33,616 bases of DNA from a virus (taxonomy: Duplodnaviria; Heunggongvirae; Uroviricota; Caudoviricetes): positions 1 through 33,616 of IMG/VR virus record IMGVR_UViG_2778261222_000001. The stretch is one strand, 5' to 3'. Position 1 is the first letter of the stretch, and every line of letters starts with the position of its first letter. The notes under the pieces were generated by a model. That model was not told the origin of the DNA. It did not search any database and was given only the letters and a program-made list of their open reading frames with translations. Shown one piece after another: positions 27,109 to 33,616 of this stretch. Both the position numbers and the translations under genes were made by a program.

Positions 27109-27283
27109 TTCTTAATACCTCTTCGCAATAAAAGATTTCATTGGGATAATGTTTTTGTATGCGCTCCATCACCTGCATACATGCCTGCTCGGTGGGCCAG
27201 ATTTTTTCCGTTACAGGGATGGCATCACAGGCATCATTCCCGCAGGTGCCAACCAGCAGGACAAAGCCAATTGACTTAATCAT
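27101..27283 (-). CDS. Small Cys-rich protein with N-terminal hydrophobic signal-like segment
   Basis: ATG at 27281-27283 overlaps the upstream stop (ATGATTAA); MIKSIGFVLLVGTCGNDAC..., five Cys in about 60 aa. Confidence 0.4.
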   Translation of the reverse strand: MIKSIGFVLLVGTCGNDACDAIPVTEKIWPTEQACMQVMERIQKHYPNEIFYCEEVLRNE

Positions 27284-27818
27284 GTTCACTGACTTCCTGT
27301 GTTGCGGCCGGAGCTGGTGAATAATCAAGAATGAGATAGCGCATGACGTGGTCGGTGATATTCCAGCCACTGGAACCACAAATAAAGCGCCCCAGCCGGA
27401 TATCGATATACGCCATCACAAAACGGGGCATTCCCTGTTTGCACATCTCGTCATCCACTTCAGCAACGATGTAAACCGACTCGCAGGTCAGTACGCCTGT
27501 CGCAAATTCTTTTGCCAGTGCCGGAATGGCATTGCCTTCCAGCCAGGGCAAAGAGCGGCGGAACGCGCACCATTGAGCATCATCAACATCGGGGTGTTCC
27601 GTTGTTGCGTTTCGTCTTACAGGAGGCGTCGGACGAGGGCGCGGAACGTCATAAAAGCCATTACATTCAGTCAGCAATCCGGCATCAACCGCATCGCGCA
27701 GGAAATACACCATTGAGGAAGGTGGCATCTTCATTTTTTCAGCCAGAACGCCACAGGTCAGACGGCCGTAAGCGCGTAATAATGTACTGACACCGTTCAG
27801 AATTTTTGCATCAATCAC
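27276..27818 (-). CDS. Hypothetical early protein, possible N-terminal winged helix
   Basis: 180 aa. Confidence 0.45.
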   Translation of the reverse strand: MIDAKILNGVSTLLRAYGRLTCGVLAEKMKMPPSSMVYFLRDAVDAGLLTECNGFYDVPRPRPTPPVRRNATTEHPDVDDAQWCAFRRSLPWLEGNAIPALAKEFATGVLTCESVYIVAEVDDEMCKQGMPRFVMAYIDIRLGRFICGSSGWNITDHVMRYLILDYSPAPAATQEVSEHD

Positions 27819-27821
27819 CGG

Positions 27822-28427
27822 TTATTCCTCCGTCAGCGCCACAAATTCAGAATGTTTAATGCGCTGGCATTCGGCGGGAACCGGTCCCTTAACCTCACCG
27901 CCAAGAAGGCGTACTTTAAACAAAATGCCGAATCCATCACGGCCGTGGTGCATTTCCCACACTGATTTGATGTCAAACAGGTCAACTTCGGCATCTACAT
28001 TAAGTTCATTACACAGCCAGCCCGGAAAATCCGGGTGTTTTTTGAGCTGATTTTCACAGTCCCGGATGAGCTTCCCGTACTCACGGCCTGCCGGTATTGT
28101 CATATCCGGCATTGCGCCCCATAACTGAATATCACCAATGAAAAGTGTCTTTGATTTAGCCTCCCATCCTTCCGGTGGTAAACGGTTAAACCAGACACGC
28201 GTAACCCTCTCAGGCCCTTTGTCACCAGACAAAGACACAGCGGTTGCATTCACTGATTGCTGTAATAACGCAATAACCTCACCACGCTTAACAGAAACGT
28301 CTTTCAGCCAGCGAATCGTATAAGCGTTAGCGGCTGTGTCACTCAGTTTAAAATAAGCACATGCTGTCATTTTCATTCTCTCCGGTTCTGATTCAGGCGC
28401 GAGTAGTCCCCTGACGTATCGCGCCAT
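27822..28427 (-). CDS. Hypothetical early protein
   Basis: 201 aa; true start may be an internal Met. Confidence 0.45.
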   Translation of the reverse strand: MARYVRGLLAPESEPERMKMTACAYFKLSDTAANAYTIRWLKDVSVKRGEVIALLQQSVNATAVSLSGDKGPERVTRVWFNRLPPEGWEAKSKTLFIGDIQLWGAMPDMTIPAGREYGKLIRDCENQLKKHPDFPGWLCNELNVDAEVDLFDIKSVWEMHHGRDGFGILFKVRLLGGEVKGPVPAECQRIKHSEFVALTEE

Positions 28428-28467
28428 AATTAAACGAATGTGAATTAATTAAATATTCGTGGTGGTA

Positions 28468-28992
28468 TTAAATACCGGCTTCCTGTTCAAACGGAATAAT
28501 AGAAAAATCTTCAATGCCCGATTTAACTGTAATTCCGGCAACACCTGCGACCGCTTTCGGTTCCAGTAAAATCGCTTCCTTGTTGATTTCCTGTTTCGTG
28601 CGAATAAAGCGTTGCAGGCCAAGACGCTCCAGCGTTTCCATCACCGCATCCACACCGCGAATGCTTACCGATGGTGGGCGCAGACGCCATGACACATCGC
28701 CGGTTACCAGGTTTGCCGTCTTCACCTTGCCGCCGTTCGTCAGTTCGTCACGGTTCGCTTCACACCATCCCTGAACGCCTTTTGAAAGGGTTTCGATACT
28801 GGTTTTAAGCGGCGCAATCTGCGAGGCGTATTTCTCCGTAATCTCGGCGATAGCGTCATTCATTTCCGTTTCAAGTCGTGCCGCTTCGCGTTGCAGGTCA
28901 CCAATCCGGCGGATATCACATACCACGGCATCGCGGGATTGCGGAACATAAGCCGCTGCGGCACTCTTGATTCGTTTTGCTGGTTTAGCCAT
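28468..28992 (-). CDS. gam: Gam host-nuclease inhibitor (Ku-like DNA end-binding protein)
   Basis: 174 aa; MAKPAKRIKSAAAAYVPQ...IPFEQEAGI matches my recollection of Mu Gam over its full length; AGGAG Shine-Dalgarno upstream. Confidence 0.9.
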   Translation of the reverse strand: MAKPAKRIKSAAAAYVPQSRDAVVCDIRRIGDLQREAARLETEMNDAIAEITEKYASQIAPLKTSIETLSKGVQGWCEANRDELTNGGKVKTANLVTGDVSWRLRPPSVSIRGVDAVMETLERLGLQRFIRTKQEINKEAILLEPKAVAGVAGITVKSGIEDFSIIPFEQEAGI

Positions 28993-29012
28993 ATAAATAA
29001 AGCTCCTGTTAA

Positions 29013-29312
29013 TTAATATTCGCTGTATACAATGCTGGATACAGCACGATTGCTTAATTCCATCTTTTGGGCAATGGCATGAATAGCCAGCCCTTCTTTA
29101 TAAAGTTCACGACACAAATATTTGTCGTGCTCACTGATTCGATATGCACACAACGATATTCCGTGCCTTCTGGCATGTGCCTGTAGGGCGGCTGGGGCAA
29201 CGTTCAGTTTTTTCGCCATTTCCTCGACGGTCATTTTCCCGACACTGGCTTCGATAAATTCCCGGTCTTCGCGTGACCAGCGTTTACGCTTACACATCAT
29301 TCCGGTCACCAC
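29013..29312 (-). CDS. Small helix-turn-helix DNA-binding protein
   Basis: 99 aa with two HTH-like segments (MTVEEMAKKLNVAPAALQAH and GLAIHAIAQKMELSNRAV). Confidence 0.45.
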   Translation of the reverse strand: MVTGMMCKRKRWSREDREFIEASVGKMTVEEMAKKLNVAPAALQAHARRHGISLCAYRISEHDKYLCRELYKEGLAIHAIAQKMELSNRAVSSIVYSEY

Positions 29313-29732
29313 TCAGTACAACATGGGGTCACGCAGTGATGCCGGAATATGCCGCAGCGATAACTGAACCGCTTTCAGGGCAAGGGAAGAATACGTCCCC
29401 TGCGTCCAGCCTTTCGCCATTTGCCGGTAATCGCGCCAGATGTTCTGCCACTGCTCCCGTGCGTCCGGGTCTGATGCGCTGATGTATTCGCGGTCCATGA
29501 CGTATTCCCATAAATCCACATTGAAGGCATTGCCAAACGTAATGGCGCGGAATACCGCCTCCCCGCAATAACGCGCACAAATGCTGTAATGGTCGAATGC
29601 AATCAGGTAAGTCTTTTCGCCATATCCCTCAACTTCGCGCGCGCAAATAAACTCGCGTAAGTCTCCGCCATTGTTATTACGCATTTTGATTCGAATTAAT
29701 GCCTGGATTTCGTTTCTGATTTTGGCGTTCAT
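29313..29732 (-). CDS. Hypothetical early protein
   Basis: 139 aa. Confidence 0.45.
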   Translation of the reverse strand: MNAKIRNEIQALIRIKMRNNNGGDLREFICAREVEGYGEKTYLIAFDHYSICARYCGEAVFRAITFGNAFNVDLWEYVMDREYISASDPDAREQWQNIWRDYRQMAKGWTQGTYSSLALKAVQLSLRHIPASLRDPMLY

Positions 29733-29746
29733 TGTCAGCGTTCCTT

Positions 29747-30010
29747 TCAGTGACGTGTTCCTTCAACTGTCGTTTCTGTGACACTGCCACCCGAAATGAC
29801 GCCATCATTTTTCAGTATTTCAATGGCCTCATGGGCTGATTCGCGAACGATATCCCGGCTTTTTTCCAGAACCAGTAACGCTATCGCACCAGCAAGCGTG
29901 TACTCATCACCATCCAGTTCTGCGCTGTGGTCCACGTTAACATTGGTGCGTAAATGCTGCCCTTTAACTTCAGATGTCACATTTTTGATTTCGATAATGA
30001 CTTTTGCCAT
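29747..30010 (-). CDS. Hypothetical early protein
   Basis: ATG at 30008-30010 with GAGGA Shine-Dalgarno (track ORF extends to 30064). Confidence 0.45.
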   Translation of the reverse strand: MAKVIIEIKNVTSEVKGQHLRTNVNVDHSAELDGDEYTLAGAIALLVLEKSRDIVRESAHEAIEILKNDGVISGGSVTETTVEGTRH

Positions 30011-30042
30011 TTTGTTATTCCTCACAAATAAATAATTCGTTA

Positions 30043-30270
30043 TTAACGCCAGATAATCTGGCAACCATTAAGGCGGGCCGTCCATACGGAACGGGCAACC
30101 CCTGATTTATGCTCCATAATCCTGACAGCGTTTCTGACCAGCTCCGGTGGCGGGCAGGTAATTTCAAGCACCGGGCGGGCCACGCCCAGCCAGGATTCGT
30201 TGACGTGGCTGCCGCGCTCCTGTAACCAGCTCTTTACTTCCGTTGCCATTTTGATATTCCGTGACATCAT
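30043..30270 (-). CDS. Hypothetical small protein in the position of Mu kil
   Basis: 75 aa; begins 12 nt after the B stop. Confidence 0.4.
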   Translation of the reverse strand: MMSRNIKMATEVKSWLQERGSHVNESWLGVARPVLEITCPPPELVRNAVRIMEHKSGVARSVWTARLNGCQIIWR

Positions 30271-30282
30271 GATTTATGCCCC

Positions 30283-31215
30283 TTACCACCAGTTCAGTAA
30301 CTTCGGGTTGCTGTAAACCTCTTTAAAAGCCGCTTTAATGTAGCCTTTGGATAACGGAACACCTTTCCCGCTGGCTGCCAGCCATGCCTGATTCAACGTA
30401 TGAGTTAATACACGTAATGCACCTGGTTTTTCCGCTATGCTCTGCATGAGTGATAATTCATCTTCACCCTCAATGCCCCAGGCTTTCGCAATTGCCACCA
30501 CATCAGCCTTTTTGGCTTTACGCAGTTGTTTTGTTCTGGCGAAACGGCTGAACAAACGCGCAAGGTCATCCGTTCCCCGATGTGTGGCTTTGGCTAATTG
30601 GCTTGGGTTACCAATCAATACCATCCCGACGCCTGTTGCATCCTGAATGGCGCGCAACTGCTCCAGCCCGTCCATGCTCAGGTGGTCAGCTTCATCCACA
30701 ATCACCAGACCGCGTGTGCCGTTCAGTTTTTTGCGAATGGCACGGGTCAGCGCGCCTTTACTCCTTTGCGGATTATCAATTCCCAGCGCGTCTGCCAGTT
30801 CCAGCAGGCACTCGGTCACTGTTGAGTGCGCAGGGGAAAGGGTCACCATCCAGGTATTAGATACACGGTTACTGTATTCACGGGCCGCAACGGTTTTACC
30901 AACACCCGGTACACCAACCAGAACGCTGATACAGCCCATAACACGCACGGTCTGAAACAGCTCGCGCAAATCACGGAGGGTTTGTGTTTCCACAAGTTGC
31001 GGTGCACCTGGTAATTCCTGGCTTTTCTGCCAGTCCTGATGCCACACCAGTAATTTGTCATGCATCCCTTCGGTATCGCCTTTGTAACGACCTTTGCGAA
31101 GTTCCGATAGCGTGGCCTCTGACACGCCCGCCTCTTTAGCAATAACACCCTGAGTTTTTACGCCGTCGGAAATCAGCGCATTAATCGTATTGAAAACATC
31201 ATTAATATCGGTCAT
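30283..31215 (-). CDS. B: Transposition protein B (AAA+ ATPase, target DNA activator)
   Basis: 310 aa; Walker A motif GVPGVGKT; N-terminal HTH; follows the transposase; GAGGAAG Shine-Dalgarno. Confidence 0.9.
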   Translation of the reverse strand: MTDINDVFNTINALISDGVKTQGVIAKEAGVSEATLSELRKGRYKGDTEGMHDKLLVWHQDWQKSQELPGAPQLVETQTLRDLRELFQTVRVMGCISVLVGVPGVGKTVAAREYSNRVSNTWMVTLSPAHSTVTECLLELADALGIDNPQRSKGALTRAIRKKLNGTRGLVIVDEADHLSMDGLEQLRAIQDATGVGMVLIGNPSQLAKATHRGTDDLARLFSRFARTKQLRKAKKADVVAIAKAWGIEGEDELSLMQSIAEKPGALRVLTHTLNQAWLAASGKGVPLSKGYIKAAFKEVYSNPKLLNWW

Positions 31216-31258
31216 ATTACTTCCTCGGTTATTTAAAATTAACTTTGCTTCCCTGTTT

Positions 31259-31287
31259 AACAGTCCGTTCCCGCGGACTGTTTTTTT
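31259..31287 (+). terminator. Stem-loop in the A-B intergenic region with a T-run on the plus strand
   Basis: aacagtccg / cggactgtt 9-bp stem with 6-nt loop, followed by tttttatt on the plus strand; lies 3 nt from the A stop codon. Confidence 0.3.
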
Positions 31288-31289
31288 AT

Positions 31290-33377
31290 TCAGGCCAGCG
31301 GATCATCCTGTTCCTGTATGGCTGCAAGTTTCTGCAAACCCAGCCTGAAATCGCGTTCATAATCTTCGTCGTAATCCTCCTCATAATCCTGTTGCTGGAT
31401 GGTTACCGTATTACCAACCGGGCGATAAACATTATCCAGCCAGGGTTCAGTCTGTTTGTGCTCCAGAATCTGAATGCCTTCATCCTCAGCATCACGAATT
31501 TTTTCCTCAGCGCGTTTGCGCATTCCTTTAATACGCTGCTGTTGTTTGTGATATTCAGCACTGACAGCAAAGGCTGCGCGTTTATTGCCGTTCCATATCG
31601 CCTCACAGATAAAGCTGCCGTCCTTGCGACGTACCGTAATTCGCTCGGCGTCATGAATGTCATAACTGATAAGCACTTTGCGACCGTGTTCGTCACGCAA
31701 CTCCGGCGCGTAGTAAATATTGTTCAGCCACTGAATTTCGCAGCGTCTTACCGGTCGTTCCACCATCGGGCGGAACATGTCGCGCAGCTCAAGATCACTC
31801 AGCCACTCAATTTCGGTGTCTTCTTCTGCTAGGCGTTTTTTTCTGAACTCTGCCGGGCTGTAATGCCGCCCGTTCGGTTTCATCGGCAGCTCAGAATGTG
31901 GGCGGTTGTTGTACCATTCCACGCCTTCACGAATAGCCTCAATAAGCTCCGCCCACGATGGTAGCTCGCGCATTGCAGCTTTCTGTCGGTCGTTCAGAGG
32001 CTTGTCCTGTTGCATGGCGTTAAACGCTGAACGCAGATCACGGTTAAGTACACGCAACGATTCCCGGTCAGCACCCTTGCCAAAATAGGTGCGATACCTC
32101 CTGGCTATACGCATTGGCAGCGTCCGGTTCAGGCGTTCAATAATGCCGCGCCCCTGTGGATTACCGGCAATACCTGTTGGGTGTTTAATCCCCAGGCGGG
32201 GCAGAATACCCACGACCTCTTTGTCCAGCATGTCAGCCGTTTCACCAGAACCGTTATCCGAGTAATACAGAAACGGTTTTCCGTGGTTGCGAATGCCGTG
32301 CTGTATCGCACCGGCAACGGCGAACACGTTCTCGGCAAGGTCAAGACTCCAGCCAACAACAAACCGGGTTCCACCGTCGATCACAAATGTGACTTCCGGT
32401 GAGAATGGACGCCCGTGGATCGGATGTGCACATTTCAGCTTCATACCGTGACCGTCACCAATCCAGACATAATTCACCGGCATAGCTGCCCAGTCGCGAC
32501 GGGTGAATCCTTCAAGCTGACGGTATTCACTGCCGGTAACACGGCCTTTTTGTTTCACCACTTCCGGCAATTTTTTCATGGCATAACGAACCACATCGTA
32601 AGAGGGCATCACCTCTATCATGTAGGGTTCGTCTGCATGGCGACGCTGCCATTCCGCGACAAAATCTTCGTAGGCTTCTGACATAGATCTGCCATTCGCC
32701 TGGCGATACTGCGCCAGAAATTCAGGCAGCCAGCTAATTTCTTCCGGTTTTATTTCGTCGCGTTTTCCCGGTGCCAGTAACAGCAGCCGTTCTGCGGCGT
32801 TCTGTGATTGGTTGTATTTCAGCACCCACTGATAAAGCGGGTCACGACTGATGGTGCGATTAGCTCCACGTTTTGCATTGGCGGTAGCTGTGGCCTGTTG
32901 CAGGCGTTCCGGTAGTTCACCTTTACGGGCTTTTTCGACAAGATAGTTAATGGCTTTCAGCCGCCCGAGATTACCGTCGCTTTCCAGCTTCAGTACTTCC
33001 ACCACCAGCGCAGCCCTTGCTTCAGATACCCGACGCTGATTTTCGGTCAGCGTATTCAGGCGTTCTTCCATCAGTTGTGGCGAACCGCGATATGCTTCGA
33101 TTGCCTGGACAGCATCAGGATTGCGTGTTTTTCTGACAACAGCTTTCACTTCAGAAACATCGTTCTCTTTAGCCACCAGTTGTTCCACATAGCGTTCACG
33201 CAGTGCCTTTTGTGTTATTTCCGGCAGACAATCAATGTGGTATTCAATGGCTTTTGTACCTGCGCGTTTACGTCGGAGATGTTCTGATGAAGCCAGTTTT
33301 TTTATGGCGTACCTCACACCCTGCGCGCTTCCCGGCATACCTGGTAGCCCTACGAGTTCGTTTACTGACACAAACAT
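31290..33377 (-). CDS. A: Mu-type DDE transposase A
   Basis: 695 aa; position after ner and before B; size comparable to MuA. Confidence 0.9.
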   Translation of the reverse strand: MFVSVNELVGLPGMPGSAQGVRYAIKKLASSEHLRRKRAGTKAIEYHIDCLPEITQKALRERYVEQLVAKENDVSEVKAVVRKTRNPDAVQAIEAYRGSPQLMEERLNTLTENQRRVSEARAALVVEVLKLESDGNLGRLKAINYLVEKARKGELPERLQQATATANAKRGANRTISRDPLYQWVLKYNQSQNAAERLLLLAPGKRDEIKPEEISWLPEFLAQYRQANGRSMSEAYEDFVAEWQRRHADEPYMIEVMPSYDVVRYAMKKLPEVVKQKGRVTGSEYRQLEGFTRRDWAAMPVNYVWIGDGHGMKLKCAHPIHGRPFSPEVTFVIDGGTRFVVGWSLDLAENVFAVAGAIQHGIRNHGKPFLYYSDNGSGETADMLDKEVVGILPRLGIKHPTGIAGNPQGRGIIERLNRTLPMRIARRYRTYFGKGADRESLRVLNRDLRSAFNAMQQDKPLNDRQKAAMRELPSWAELIEAIREGVEWYNNRPHSELPMKPNGRHYSPAEFRKKRLAEEDTEIEWLSDLELRDMFRPMVERPVRRCEIQWLNNIYYAPELRDEHGRKVLISYDIHDAERITVRRKDGSFICEAIWNGNKRAAFAVSAEYHKQQQRIKGMRKRAEEKIRDAEDEGIQILEHKQTEPWLDNVYRPVGNTVTIQQQDYEEDYDEDYERDFRLGLQKLAAIQEQDDPLA

Positions 33378-33379
33378 CT

Positions 33380-33616
33380 TTATGCTACCTTACGAACGTA
33401 TCGGCTGGGCCAGATCTCCTCCGGAGCCACACCAATAGCATCAGCAATGATGCGTTCATACTTAGGGCATTTACGATACAAGGCGTTCTTTAACGAATCC
33501 CTGTTTAAACCTGCTTCAACAGATAGAGAACGTAAAGTAAAGCCTTTCACATGTACCGCCGCGACAACATGCGCGGGATGCCAATCCTGTTTAACAACTT
33601 CATTTATAGACATCAT
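33380..33616 (-). CDS. ner: Ner-like DNA-binding early regulator
   Basis: 78 aa; ...WPSRY... C-terminal motif matches my recollection of Mu Ner; ATG at 33614-33616, the last bases of the window; directly upstream of A. Confidence 0.85.
   Translation of the reverse strand: MMSINEVVKQDWHPAHVVAAVHVKGFTLRSLSVEAGLNRDSLKNALYRKCPKYERIIADAIGVAPEEIWPSRYVRKVA

Larger units (their letters stand above)
1..33616 (-). mobile_element. Mu-like transposable prophage, internal part from mom to ner; ends and c repressor outside the window
   Basis: Colinear Mu gene order on the minus strand: ner, DDE transposase A, AAA+ B, gam, gemA, mor, lysis, terminase, portal, F, protease/scaffold, capsid, sheath, tube, tape measure, circularization protein, baseplate, fibres, com, mom. 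Genes are tightly packed with ATGA/TAATG start-stop overlaps. Confidence 0.9.

Noticed and set aside
27101-27818. Toxin-antitoxin pair interpretation for the translationally coupled 180-aa and 60-aa early genes
   Set aside because: Coupling by overlapping start and stop codons is general in this phage and neither protein shows a recognisable toxin or antitoxin motif; kept only as part of the uncharacterised early block.
29329-29602. Two overlapping alternative-frame minus-strand ORFs (83 and 75 aa) within the 139-aa early ORF
   Set aside because: Mutually overlapping; the longer 29313..29732 frame is the more parsimonious gene.
1-33616. CRISPR arrays, tRNA or rRNA genes, tyrosine integrase
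   Set aside because: No regularly spaced direct repeats with unique spacers, no cloverleaf-like or rRNA-like sequence recognised by eye, and the mobility genes are Mu-type transposase A and B rather than an integrase.

Overview
The whole window reads as the core of a Mu-like transposable myovirus prophage, encoded entirely on the minus strand. The window begins at the mom stop codon and ends at the ner start codon, so the c repressor and both phage ends lie outside it. Reading from 33616 down to 1: ner, transposase A, B ATPase, an early accessory region (including Gam, GemA and a Mor/C-family activator), an AT-rich secreted-protein moron, a lysis cassette with a GH108-type endolysin, terminase/portal/F/protease-scaffold/major capsid, head-tail and tail sheath/tube/chaperone/tape-measure genes, DNA circularization protein, baseplate genes, two tandem tail-fibre plus chaperone cassettes, and com-mom. 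The most interesting points are: (1) no gin invertase or inverted G segment, but instead a Mu S-type fibre followed by a lambda Stf-type side fibre, each with its own chaperone; (2) an AT-rich signal-peptide gene translationally coupled to mor, sitting where Mu has its late activator C, with no second Mor/C-family gene recognised; (3) an identical terminator hairpin repeated upstream of the lys and protease/capsid operons; (4) a GATC-containing palindrome upstream of com-mom; (5) a block of uncharacterised early genes that are candidates for host-takeover or anti-defence functions. All assignments rest on reading the supplied ORF translations and the sequence by eye; no database search or computation was run.
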